Below, piece by piece: positions 44,473-53,370 of a DNA stretch of 61,161 nt; the first letter of the stretch is position 1, and each line of letters opens with the position of its first letter. A program made the translations under genes and the position numbers. This stretch comes from a virus. Taxonomy: Duplodnaviria > Caudoviricetes. Where the stretch lies: the IMG/VR virus record IMGVR_UViG_3300037264_007944, positions 1 to 61,161 of that record, one strand, 5' to 3'. Below the pieces are notes generated by a model. The model worked only from the letters and a program-made list of their open reading frames with translations, searched no databases and was not told where the DNA came from.

Positions 44473-45231
44473 ATGAACGAGATCGACCAAGCCCTGGACT
44501 CGCTGAGTCCCGCGGAGCTCGCGGCTCTTGAGCAGGGACTCGACAAGCAGGCCGCCGACACAAAGGCGGCATTCCACTTCCAGTCTGGGGTGAAGATGGC
44601 CTCGGAGGCCTTCGCCGCCTACAAGGAGACTGGTGAGCTGTCGCCGCTTCTCGCTCTCGTCACCGAGCCCAAGGTGGCCGTCGATGCCGACGGCGTAGAC
44701 GCCGCCCTGGACAAGTGCTCCGCGGAGCAGCTGGCCGCCATCGAAGCGGAGCTGGACGGCAAGGCGTCCGAAACCAAGATCGCCGAGGAGTACGCCGCGA
44801 AGTACTTCGACATGGGCGTGAAGATGGCCCAGGACTGGGTCGGCAACCTCAGCGGCGGCGACTCCACGAAGACCGCGTCCTGCGGCCGTGAGTTGCTCGA
44901 CAAGCTCGCACTCGGGATTCGTGGCATGGGCTACGCGGCCAGCAAGCAGCAGGTCCTGGCGGCCAGGGCCGCCACCGGCGGCAAGGTTCGCGCAGGAGTA
45001 GCTCCGACAACCCTGGGCACCGGAGAGGCGGTCAAGGGAAGACAGGCGTTCGTGGCCGGTGGAGATGCTCGATCGGTCATCGCCCCCGGCTCGAAGACGA
45101 TGCGCGGCATGGGGTTTGGCGGGCCGCAGAGCATGCACCGCACGAATCCTATGGCAACCGGCGTCGCGGTTGGGGTCGGCGGCACGCTGGCTGCACAGAG
45201 CATGTTCGGCGGCGACAGGGACAGACGGTAA
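44473..45231 (+). CDS. head core/internal protein
   Basis: Internal repeat (IDQALDSLSPAELAALE / VDAALDKCSAEQLAAIE; GVKMA twice); Gly-rich hydrophobic tail. Confidence 0.65.
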   Translation: MNEIDQALDSLSPAELAALEQGLDKQAADTKAAFHFQSGVKMASEAFAAYKETGELSPLLALVTEPKVAVDADGVDAALDKCSAEQLAAIEAELDGKASETKIAEEYAAKYFDMGVKMAQDWVGNLSGGDSTKTASCGRELLDKLALGIRGMGYAASKQQVLAARAATGGKVRAGVAPTTLGTGEAVKGRQAFVAGGDARSVIAPGSKTMRGMGFGGPQSMHRTNPMATGVAVGVGGTLAAQSMFGGDRDRR

Positions 45232-45248
45232 AATAACGGAGGATGGCC

Positions 45249-45653
45249 ATGAGTCTCGCAGCTATTTACGAAGCGAATTTCGGCAAGGAAGCCATGGAAG
45301 TCAAGAAGGCCGAGCCCGAGGCCGCCGTGGCCGATGCCCCGGTGACGGAAGCTCCCGCGGCGGAAGCCGGCGCGGAGATGACCGACGCCGAGCTCGACAA
45401 GGCCCTCGAAGGCATGACCGACGAGCAACTCCAGGCGCTTGCCAAGGAAGTCGCCGGAGAGCGGAAGGCCGCCGAGGCGAAGTCGTCCGAAGCGAACGAG
45501 AAGCTGGCCGAGGAATACTTCGCGGCCGGGCGCATCTTCGCCCAGGGCTTCATGACCGAAGTGAATGGCACCGAGAAGACCGCCACGAGAGCGCCGGCGA
45601 CAGCGATCCAGAAGTTCGCCGCCATGCTCGAGACGGAACTCCAGGCGAAGTAG
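45249..45653 (+). CDS. scaffold/core-like protein, paralogue of 43947
   Basis: EKLAEEYFAAGRIFAQGF; upstream AATAACGGAGGA.GGCCATG shared with 43947 points to ATG 45249. Confidence 0.65.
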   Translation: MSLAAIYEANFGKEAMEVKKAEPEAAVADAPVTEAPAAEAGAEMTDAELDKALEGMTDEQLQALAKEVAGERKAAEAKSSEANEKLAEEYFAAGRIFAQGFMTEVNGTEKTATRAPATAIQKFAAMLETELQAK

Positions 45654-45669
45654 CCCAACCGGAGATCAG

Positions 45670-46458
45670 ATGAGCAACTCGTTCGTCAAGAGGGCCCCTG
45701 AGATCGCCGAGGAGATTCTCCTCAAGGCGGCATCTGGATACCTCCCTGACGTTCTCCGGACGTACGCGAAGAACCTCCTGAGCAAGGAGGCGTCCGACGA
45801 CCGGGAGAAGCTCGTCGCCCCGGAACGGATGGCGCTGTCGGAGCTCCAGAAGATCGCCCATTCGAACAAGGTCACCCTTCCGCTCATCGCGTCCGTGAAC
45901 TCGGACGACTGGTCTTCGATCGCAGGGGACCTCGTGAAGATGGCGTCCCGCCACGAGGCGGAGAACGGGCGCGAGATCTTCGAGAACGCCGCGGCTATGG
46001 TCGCCATGCGGAAAGAGGCTGGTGGTGTCGCTCGTGGCGCCCGCCGCGCCGCTGGCGCAGCGGCTGGCGCTGGACGCGCCGCTGGCGCTGCGGCCGCCCA
46101 CGCTCCCGCCGTACACGTGCCGCAGCCGCAAGGCAAGTTTAAGCAGTGGTGGCATGGGAAGGACTCGCCCGTAGATTTTGAACATAGAGCCTGGGAAGGC
46201 GGCCAGAGGGCCAGCCTCTCCAGGATCTCCGGCACGACAGAGAACGTAGCCGCCAACGAGGCTGCCAGACAGTCCGCCGCGAGCGCGGCCGAATCATCGG
46301 CCAAGGCGGACGCCCAGAAGCGCCACTTCGACCTCAAGGACAAAGCTGTAAGCAGCCATCACGGCCCGCTGATGGCCGCCGCCGTCGGCGTCCCGGTCGC
46401 CGCCATGGCGATGCGTCGCGACCCGGCCAAGAGAGAGGACGTCAGGATCTACAAATGA
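45670..46458 (+). CDS. head core/internal protein
   Basis: VKRA, LKAAS, SKEAS, QKIA, VKMAS, RKEAG; hydrophobic C-terminal segment. Confidence 0.65.
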   Translation: MSNSFVKRAPEIAEEILLKAASGYLPDVLRTYAKNLLSKEASDDREKLVAPERMALSELQKIAHSNKVTLPLIASVNSDDWSSIAGDLVKMASRHEAENGREIFENAAAMVAMRKEAGGVARGARRAAGAAAGAGRAAGAAAAHAPAVHVPQPQGKFKQWWHGKDSPVDFEHRAWEGGQRASLSRISGTTENVAANEAARQSAASAAESSAKADAQKRHFDLKDKAVSSHHGPLMAAAVGVPVAAMAMRRDPAKREDVRIYK

Positions 46459-47189
46459 GAGATCTTCTCGACGTCCAGGTTGACCTGTACCCGACGATGC
46501 TGCGTCGCATGGCCGCCGGAGAGCACCTCGCCTCCCAGCAGGACGACACCGAGAAGCTCGCCGCCACCCTCCTCGCCGCGGAAGCCATCGAGGCCGAACG
46601 GGCCGCGCAGGCGCCGATCGAGAAGAGTGCGATCGACATCGGGCTCGGAACGCTCGCCATCGGCGCGCTCGCCGCTGGCGCCGCGCCGGCCGTCAGGCTC
46701 ATCAAGAAGATCTTCGCCGGCCCGGCGGTCCCGGAAGAGGGCGCCGAGTTGATTCAGTCCTTCCGGAAGATCATCCAGAGCCAACAGGAAACCGAGGCCA
46801 TGAAGCGCAAGATGCTCATGCTCGGTCTCGGCGCGGCCGGCGCTGGCGCGCTCGCTGTGAAGGCCCTGGAAGGCAGGCGTCAGGACAAAGCCGCCGCCCA
46901 CGAGTCCGACAAGGACGAGGAAAAGTCCGAGAAGGACGAGAAGGGCGAAGAGAAATCCGACAAGAAGAATCTTCCGCCCTGGCTCCAGGGTAAGGGCGAC
47001 AAGAAGGACGACGACAAGTCCAAGTCCGAGAAGAAGGACGAGAAGTCCGAAAAAGAAGAGAAGGACAAGGACGAGAAAGATTCTGCAGATGTTGCTGTGA
47101 GCAACATTGGCGCAGGAAGGACCGCCGTGAAAACGGGGTCTCCCTCCTCTCGCGCGGTGCTCGACCGCTTGATGAAGAGCTTCGCGTAA
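46455..47189 (+). CDS. head core/internal protein with two hydrophobic helices and a D/E/K tail
   Basis: EKSA|IDIGLGTLAIGALAAG; LPPWL inside the charged tail. Confidence 0.65.
   Translation: MRDLLDVQVDLYPTMLRRMAAGEHLASQQDDTEKLAATLLAAEAIEAERAAQAPIEKSAIDIGLGTLAIGALAAGAAPAVRLIKKIFAGPAVPEEGAELIQSFRKIIQSQQETEAMKRKMLMLGLGAAGAGALAVKALEGRRQDKAAAHESDKDEEKSEKDEKGEEKSDKKNLPPWLQGKGDKKDDDKSKSEKKDEKSEKEEKDKDEKDSADVAVSNIGAGRTAVKTGSPSSRAVLDRLMKSFA
47089..47107. repeat. palindrome copy 4 (ATGTTGCT-GTG-AGCAACAT), inside a CDS
   Basis: 8-bp perfect arms; about 100 nt upstream of 47210. Confidence 0.65.
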
Positions 47190-47209
47190 GAGGTGAGAGG
47201 TGATTCGCA

Positions 47210-47986
47210 GTGCCTTCGATCAATGTGACGCCGGAAGAAGTCAGCGCGGCTTCCTTGGAAGCGGCGCGAAAGAAGGGAACAGGCAGTTTTTTCCTTGATA
47301 TACTTGGGGCGCCGTTACTGAAGCGCCCAGCTCTTTCAAATGCGGTCGCAAAATACAGGAAAGGCCTGACGGACGCGGACGTTCGCGCCGGAGAAGCCGC
47401 CGGGAAAATCCCGGGGCTCGGACGGATCTTCGAAGAGGAGATGCGGACGCCGGTGAAGACTGTGGGAAACCTGGAAGTGTCCCACGTCGCGAAGGTGAAG
47501 CGCCTGACGGCCCCTCTTGTGAAGGCCCAGAAGTTCATGGTCCCGCTCTTCGCGTACGAAGGGCTGAGGAGAGTGTTCTCTGGGGGCGACGGCGAGGCGC
47601 AGGCGCAAGGTAAGGGAGCGAGTGACACGATGATGACACGCGACGAGCAGGCGGTCCTGGTGAAGGCGGCTGCCGTCATCGAGCAGCTCGGCAAGGAACG
47701 CGCGATGCTGATCGATCAGCTCGCGGTCGCCATGCACGAGAAGCAGGCTCACACGATCGCGGCGGACATGGCCGACAAGGGCATGGTCTCCCGCGAGGAC
47801 GTCGAGAAGAAGGCCGCCGAGCTTGCGCTCGAGCCAGACCTCGGCATCGTCAAGAAAGCAGTCGACCTTTCACAGCGCGGCTTCGAGATGGGACGTATCG
47901 AGAAAACGGCTCAGCTCGAGGATGGCTCCGAGGGGGACATGGATCCGCTCACGGAGATGTTGGTCAACCACATCAGAGGACGATAG
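47210..47986 (+). CDS. putative scaffolding protein
   Basis: Coiled coil with EKQA, KKAA, EKTA; terminal DPLTEML; two genes before the capsid gene. Confidence 0.55.
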   Translation: MPSINVTPEEVSAASLEAARKKGTGSFFLDILGAPLLKRPALSNAVAKYRKGLTDADVRAGEAAGKIPGLGRIFEEEMRTPVKTVGNLEVSHVAKVKRLTAPLVKAQKFMVPLFAYEGLRRVFSGGDGEAQAQGKGASDTMMTRDEQAVLVKAAAVIEQLGKERAMLIDQLAVAMHEKQAHTIAADMADKGMVSREDVEKKAAELALEPDLGIVKKAVDLSQRGFEMGRIEKTAQLEDGSEGDMDPLTEMLVNHIRGR

Positions 47987-47995
47987 GAGGACGCG

Positions 47996-48586
47996 ATGCC
48001 CATCACGAACTTGGAAACGAGCCTGGCCGCCGCGCTCGGCGTTTCCGGCACTCTCTCGGCCCGCCGGGGCCTCTTCCCGATCACTCCGCTGACGATGATC
48101 TGGCGCCGGCCGATCGCGCCCGCGGACGCCCTCCTGTCGGCCATCACCACCCAGGCGGGGATCGCGCTCGCGGAGCGCACCGTCTCCGTGGCCGAGGGCC
48201 AGTGGGTGACCATGGACGCCTCGGGCAACGCCGTCATCGCGGACTCGGTCCTGGGGGCCGGCGCGACCGGCCTGGCCTGGCCCGTGTTCACCGGCGGCGA
48301 CCGCCTGGACATGAAGGGTGGGTTGACGGTCCTCCACGGCAAGTGGGTGGCCCACACCAGCTTCTTCGACCAGGCCGGCGTCTACGCGGTCGGAACGCTC
48401 CTCAAGGTGAACGACGCCGCGGCGCCCGTCACCGTCCAGGGCGTGGCCGGCATCAACGGCGCCCTGACCCCGATCGGCGCGATGAGCGCGACCGAGAACG
48501 CGCGCGTGGTCGCGCGCGTCGAGCGCACCCCGATCGCGATCGCGCCGGAAACGCCGGCGGGGATCATCCAGATCTCGGCAGTGTAG
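47996..48586 (+). CDS. head decoration/cement protein
   Basis: EGQWV, TVLHG, YAVGTLLKV; immediately upstream of the capsid gene. Confidence 0.6.
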   Translation: MPITNLETSLAAALGVSGTLSARRGLFPITPLTMIWRRPIAPADALLSAITTQAGIALAERTVSVAEGQWVTMDASGNAVIADSVLGAGATGLAWPVFTGGDRLDMKGGLTVLHGKWVAHTSFFDQAGVYAVGTLLKVNDAAAPVTVQGVAGINGALTPIGAMSATENARVVARVERTPIAIAPETPAGIIQISAV

Positions 48587-48677
48587 TAGTCTTGTGCAAA
48601 TAGGCCGCCTTGTGGCGGCTTGAAATATCTGGGTTCTGAACGGTTGCGACTGGTATCAGTCAGCAGGAGACACGCAG

Positions 48678-49613
48678 ATGGAAAAGATCAGCGCGGAAGC
48701 CCTGAACGCCGCCTTCCTTGAGCGGATGGGTTCCCCTGAGGGCCGGACGGAGCTCCAGGAGAAGGGCGTTCTCTACATCAAGAAGATCCTTCGCGAGGAA
48801 TCGTTCCTCCGGAAGATCCTGCCGCCCCAGGTCGTCACGAAGATGGACCTGCAGCGGTCGGTCACCACGGACACCTTCGAGAAGATCGTGGACATCGAGC
48901 CGGACAGCTTCGCGCTGGACGTCAACTTCCTGGGCGAGCCCCAGAGTGAGTACGTCGAGGGCAAGCGGTACCGGATCCAGTTCCAGAACATCTCGAGCCC
49001 CATGTTCGAGAAGAACGAGCTGGAGCTGGCGGCCTACGAGATGCCGCTGATCAAGGTGATCGAACAGAACACGATCAAGGACATCCACGAGCGCGAAGAC
49101 CGCGGCTGGCTCCGCCAGAACCGCCAGGTCATGCAGCTCACCGGGAAGTCGATCGATGACCCGAGCTCGAGCTTCCTGACCCGCGACCTCCTCTCCGAGG
49201 GGTCCAAGCTCGTGGCCAACGAGCGCCGCCGCGCGACCAAGATGCTGATGAGCGCCCCGACGTGGGAAGACATCGGCAAGTGGGTCGCCACGGACGTCGG
49301 CGACACCCTGGCGTCCAAGGTGACGGTCGACGGCTACGACCTGAACCAGCTCATGGGCAAGGGCCTGGTCGTCACCACGAAGACGAACATCCTGCCCTAC
49401 GGCGAAGTCTGGTTCTACACGGACCAGGCGTACCTGGGGAACTACTTCCTGTTCGGAAGCACCCAGTTCTACATCGACAAGATCGCAGAACTGATCAAGT
49501 GGAAGGCCTGGGAAGTCATCGGCGTCGGCATCGGCAACGTCTTCTCGATGTCCCGCCTGACGTTCGGCGGCCGCGCCACCTACGTCACGGCGAACCCCAC
49601 GAGCCTCGACTAA
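48678..49613 (+). CDS. major capsid protein (probably HK97 fold)
   Basis: 311 aa, LREESFLRKILPP, KDIHERED, WEVIGVGIGN; strongly biased codons; followed by a terminator. Confidence 0.85.
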   Translation: MEKISAEALNAAFLERMGSPEGRTELQEKGVLYIKKILREESFLRKILPPQVVTKMDLQRSVTTDTFEKIVDIEPDSFALDVNFLGEPQSEYVEGKRYRIQFQNISSPMFEKNELELAAYEMPLIKVIEQNTIKDIHEREDRGWLRQNRQVMQLTGKSIDDPSSSFLTRDLLSEGSKLVANERRRATKMLMSAPTWEDIGKWVATDVGDTLASKVTVDGYDLNQLMGKGLVVTTKTNILPYGEVWFYTDQAYLGNYFLFGSTQFYIDKIAELIKWKAWEVIGVGIGNVFSMSRLTFGGRATYVTANPTSLD

Positions 49614-49646
49614 GCGTCAGGCTTCAGGGTATACTGGCTCTCAGCG

Positions 49647-49679
49647 GGGCCGGGGGTGGCAACGCCCCCGGCCCTTTTT
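49647..49679 (+). terminator. intrinsic terminator after the capsid gene
   Basis: GGGCCGGGGGTG-GCAA-CGCCCCCGGCCC-TTTTT. Confidence 0.88.
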
Positions 49680-49708
49680 GTTAGGCTGAGAACTTTCAGG
49701 AGGCGACC

Positions 49709-49894
49709 ATGGCGAGCGCGAAAGCGGTGGACAAGGACGTCACGATCGTGAACAAGGGCAAGAACGTGATCAACTCCGGCCAGATCCGGCTGATGCCGAA
49801 CGGCGGCAAGATCACGCTCCCGGAGTCCAAGATCAGCGAGGGCCTCAAGCGGCTCCTCTCGCTGCCGGGCTCCGGCTTGGTACGAGAGGGGTAA
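49709..49894 (+). CDS. small hypothetical protein
   Basis: AGGAGG RBS; usual position after a capsid gene. Confidence 0.65.
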   Translation: MASAKAVDKDVTIVNKGKNVINSGQIRLMPNGGKITLPESKISEGLKRLLSLPGSGLVREG

Positions 49895-49897
49895 GAC

Positions 49898-50431
49898 GTG
49901 CTTCCCCTATTCACGGGGACAACTCCAAGCGCAGTCCAGACGGCGTTCCTCACGAAGTGCCGCGATTACATCCGCGACATTCCGGCGATGAACGCCCTGC
50001 TGGACGGTGTTGAAACGTCGGACACGCTGATCGAGTTCTGCCTCGACATGACGTTGGACGACTTCAACACGTCGCCCCCGCTGATCGGGAACTTCACCCT
50101 GGCCAGCCATCCGTCCCAGTCGCTCGTCCTGATCGGGACGATGATCTGGATCCTGAAATCGGCCGGCATCCAGCAGAGCCGGAACCAGCTCGACTACGCC
50201 TCCGGCGGGATCACGGTCGCGTCGTCGAACAAGACTCCGCTTTACCAGAGCTGGATCAACATCCTCATGCAGGAGTACGAGGCCAAGAAGGCGAACCTCA
50301 AGAAGTCTCTGAACGCCGAGCAGGGATACGGAGGCGTCGCGTCGGAGTACACGCAGATCAACTACGGAGCGAACATGTCGCTCCTGGGCCAGGATGGCCT
50401 GAGTCTCGTTCGGAACGGAATCTTCTTCTAA
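49898..50431 (+). CDS. head-tail adaptor (neck) protein
   Basis: RDYIRD...NQLDYASGGITV; synteny. Confidence 0.65.
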   Translation: MLPLFTGTTPSAVQTAFLTKCRDYIRDIPAMNALLDGVETSDTLIEFCLDMTLDDFNTSPPLIGNFTLASHPSQSLVLIGTMIWILKSAGIQQSRNQLDYASGGITVASSNKTPLYQSWINILMQEYEAKKANLKKSLNAEQGYGGVASEYTQINYGANMSLLGQDGLSLVRNGIFF

Positions 50432-50441
50432 GGGGAACAGC

Positions 50442-50744
50442 GTGGACAAGCTCACCAGCACATACTTCGCGGGCATGGAGGCCGGCGTCCTGCGCAAGGA
50501 GGCCGCCAGCGCCGTACAGGCCATCGAGGCCATGGCGCCGAAGGCCGAAGGCCTGGCGGCGAAGCTCGTCGGCGCCCTCCGCCGGAACCCAATCCTCAGC
50601 GCCGCCACCGCCGCGGCGGCCGGCGCGGGCGTGGCGACCGGCGTCGCCGATGCCGGGGCCAAGAAGAAGGACGAGGAGCGCCGCCGCGAGCAGATCCGGC
50701 AGATCCTCATGTCCAAGTTCAATGAGGGCGGCTACAGCGCGTAA
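50442..50744 (+). CDS. small K-x-A leader protein with an Ala/Gly hydrophobic segment
   Basis: YFAGMEAGVLRKEA|AS; ATAAAAGAGVATG. Confidence 0.62.
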   Translation: MDKLTSTYFAGMEAGVLRKEAASAVQAIEAMAPKAEGLAAKLVGALRRNPILSAATAAAAGAGVATGVADAGAKKKDEERRREQIRQILMSKFNEGGYSA

Positions 50745-50747
50745 TCC

Positions 50748-51650
50748 GTGATCGAGATCGACCGCGTCGTAGTCCGACCGCTGACGGTCACGTCGGCCGA
50801 GGTCACGTGGGTCCTCAAGCCGACGGATGAGCCGCTGTCGTCCTCCAGGTTCCACGTCCTCATGAGCGAGTCCGAGCAAGGCCCTTTCGAGGACGTCTCC
50901 GGACCGCTCACCGACACGCAGACCTTCATCTGCCAGGTCAACCTCAAGGCGAAGCACAACACGCTTTGCTGGAGGGTCCGCCTGGACGACGTCATCACCG
51001 GGATCTCCACGACGTATCCGAGCGGGACGCCGACCGAGGCGTTCAAGTTCCACCCGCTGTTCGACGTCGTCACCCTTCCGAACGACTACGGCCAGAACTA
51101 CATCGCGATCGAGATCGCCCGTCTGAACCACCTTCTCCTGCGCCGCTATACGGGTCGCGTGACGGCCTATCTGCCGATCAGGACCCAGGGTAAACGCTGC
51201 CCGCAGTGCTGGGACGAGAAGAAGCGTCGCGGGAATTCCTCCTCGTGCGTGGAGTGCTACAGCACGACGTTCCAGGGAGGCTTCTACGCGCCAATCCCGG
51301 TATTCGTGGACTTCAACCCGTCGCCGAACGTGATCCAGATCTCGAACTTCGGGAAGCTCGAGGAGAACCAGACGGCCGCCTTCATGGGCAACTACCCGCT
51401 GGTGAAACCCAACGACATGCTGGTGGAGCAGACAAACCGTCGCTGGCGCGTGGTTCAGGTGAACGCTATCTCCGAAAAAAGGTACATTGTACAGCAACAC
51501 CTGCAGGTTCAGGAGATCGAGCGGTCGGACGCCGAGTACCTCCTGCCCGTAGACCTGAACCTGAAGGCGCCCTCGGAGGATTTCGTCGGGTTCTTCCCGA
51601 AGAACTACTCCCCGAAACTCGTTCCGACTGAAGGGAGCGGCCTGCTGTGA
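50748..51650 (+). CDS. head closure/neck protein with Zn finger
   Basis: RCPQCWD...CVECYSTTFQGGFY; RRWRVVQV; synteny. Confidence 0.65.
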   Translation: MIEIDRVVVRPLTVTSAEVTWVLKPTDEPLSSSRFHVLMSESEQGPFEDVSGPLTDTQTFICQVNLKAKHNTLCWRVRLDDVITGISTTYPSGTPTEAFKFHPLFDVVTLPNDYGQNYIAIEIARLNHLLLRRYTGRVTAYLPIRTQGKRCPQCWDEKKRRGNSSSCVECYSTTFQGGFYAPIPVFVDFNPSPNVIQISNFGKLEENQTAAFMGNYPLVKPNDMLVEQTNRRWRVVQVNAISEKRYIVQQHLQVQEIERSDAEYLLPVDLNLKAPSEDFVGFFPKNYSPKLVPTEGSGLL

Positions 51651-52537
51651 GCGCACTCGAAGAGCTGAATGCGATCCTGACGAAGCAGTCTGCCTCGTTT
51701 GTCCGCCCCAAGGGCAACGTCTGGACGCAGACCAAGCATGTCGCCGAGGTCGCGAAGGCTCACGGGGTCAGCGCGGAGGCCATCGCCAAGGCTCCCGGCA
51801 GGTCTGCCGAAGAAGTCGCCGGCCGACTCGGGGCGGAACGCGCGAAGGGCCTGACGGCGGAACGCGCTCAGCAGCTCGGCGGATCGCCAAGCATGGCCAG
51901 GCTTCACCCAGACGTCCGTGGTGTCGTCAGGGGCGTCGCGCACCCACAGGCCCTTCCCGGGAAAGACCCAGGCTCCGTGGCTCAGTCCGCCAAGTTGAGG
52001 GCCGAGGGGGCGCGCCAGGCGCTCAGGGAGAGCGTCAGCTTGAGCGCCAGGACCGCTCCAACGATCACGGCGACCGAGAAGGTCTCGCCGCAGCTCGCCG
52101 CCGCGCGTGGTCGGACGACCCCGGAGCAGAGGTCCGTGGTCATCCCAGAGAAGAAGTACCCGTCCAAGTTCGAAGCGAAGCACAGGGCCGTCGAGGCGAA
52201 ATCGGAAGCCGAGGCTGTCGTGCGCGGCAAGGAAGTCTCTCAGCAGCTCGGTCACGAGAGGTCGAAGGACATCGCCACCAACGTCGACACGCTCAGGGGC
52301 CAGCAGACCCTGGAGATGGCCACCACCAAGCCGGCGGAGAAGCCGTACTGGGTCCCTCCTTCGAAGCATGAAGTCCGCACCGAACTCGCGGCAAAGTACG
52401 ACAAGAAGGTCGCCCCCAGCAGGTCTCCGGCGGAGGTCCGAGAGGTCCACAATGTTCGCGAGGCGCTCCGCACGCACCTCCGCGGCAAGGAGATCCTGGC
52501 AAAGAGGACCGCTGGTATGGGAGGGGCGACGGCGTGA
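51647..52537 (+). CDS. basic Ala/Lys/Arg-rich protein with an acidic leader
   Basis: MSALEELNAILTKQS|A followed by a basic low-complexity body. Confidence 0.65.
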   Translation: MSALEELNAILTKQSASFVRPKGNVWTQTKHVAEVAKAHGVSAEAIAKAPGRSAEEVAGRLGAERAKGLTAERAQQLGGSPSMARLHPDVRGVVRGVAHPQALPGKDPGSVAQSAKLRAEGARQALRESVSLSARTAPTITATEKVSPQLAAARGRTTPEQRSVVIPEKKYPSKFEAKHRAVEAKSEAEAVVRGKEVSQQLGHERSKDIATNVDTLRGQQTLEMATTKPAEKPYWVPPSKHEVRTELAAKYDKKVAPSRSPAEVREVHNVREALRTHLRGKEILAKRTAGMGGATA

Positions 52538-53370
52538 TCCAGAAGACAGCTTCCGCAAGATTCTACGAGATGGTCGACGCCGAGCTCGAAAAGCTCAGCG
52601 CCCCGCGCGGGGCCGGCGCCCTCGCCGCCCACGAAGGCGCGGTTGCCGCTGCGGCCGCCAGGAGCGCGGCGCGGAGCGCGCCGAAGCCGACTCTCGAGGG
52701 CGTCCGCCGTGAAGGCGCGATGAGATCTTTTCGCGCCGCCAAGGAGCACGTGAGGGCCGTGACCGGGGCTCCGGAGCTCAGCCCGGCCGAGAGGCTCGCC
52801 AGGGGGAACGAGAGGGTCAGCGCGAAGGCGCACGCGAAGCTCGTCGCCAGGGCGGAAGCCGCGAAGAACGCCCCGAAGCCGCTCGCCGAGCGTGCTTCCG
52901 GAGCCGCTCTGGACGTCAGCCTGAAGGCGCACAAGGCCATGGGCGACGCGGCCACCGCCGCGTCCGGGGCGGCGTCGAAGGCGGTCGCGAAGGGCAAGGA
53001 CCTCGGCAGGTCGGCCGGCGCGGCGCTCGGCACCGCAGGCCGCGCGGCCGGGGAAGCCTTCGGCGACGTCAGCCTGAAGGCGCACAAGGCCATGGGCGAC
53101 GTCAGGCTGGCCATCGGCGGGAAGATCGAGAAGATCAAGAGATCCAGAGCGGAGAGCGCCGCCGCAACCTCCGCTGGGGTACGGGCCCAGGCCGAGGCAG
53201 GCGCAAGGGCAGCGCAGGTCAGGCCTCAAAAGCCACCCAAGGCCACGCGTGAAGCCGCGCCAGAGACATTGAGGGCGACCGCCGGAACGACACCCTGGGG
53301 GACGATCGCGGCGGTTGGCGGCGGCAGCCTGGTGGCTGCCAACGCGCTGAGCAGGCGCGACGATGATTAA
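52534..53370 (+). CDS. basic Ala-rich protein with K-x-A/S leader
   Basis: MIQKTAS.RFYEMVDAELEKLS; C-terminal IAAVGGGSLVAA. Confidence 0.65.
   Translation: MIQKTASARFYEMVDAELEKLSAPRGAGALAAHEGAVAAAAARSAARSAPKPTLEGVRREGAMRSFRAAKEHVRAVTGAPELSPAERLARGNERVSAKAHAKLVARAEAAKNAPKPLAERASGAALDVSLKAHKAMGDAATAASGAASKAVAKGKDLGRSAGAALGTAGRAAGEAFGDVSLKAHKAMGDVRLAIGGKIEKIKRSRAESAAATSAGVRAQAEAGARAAQVRPQKPPKATREAAPETLRATAGTTPWGTIAAVGGGSLVAANALSRRDDD
52912..53101 (+). repeat. 37-bp perfect direct repeat (52912-52948 and 53065-53101)
   Basis: GACGTCAGCCTGAAGGCGCACAAGGCCATGGGCGACG, encoding DVSLKAHKAMGD twice. Confidence 0.85.

Noticed and set aside
48678-49613. Encapsulin or stand-alone contractile injection system instead of a phage
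   Set aside because: Protease, neck, sheath, tube, frameshifted chaperone, tape measure and ssb together indicate a tailed phage.
25481-49635. Extra TATACT sites (25481, 49630) and GAACAGC/GAACGGT sites (48638, 50435, 53727) as late promoters
   Set aside because: Each lacks the partner element at the 15-nt spacing.
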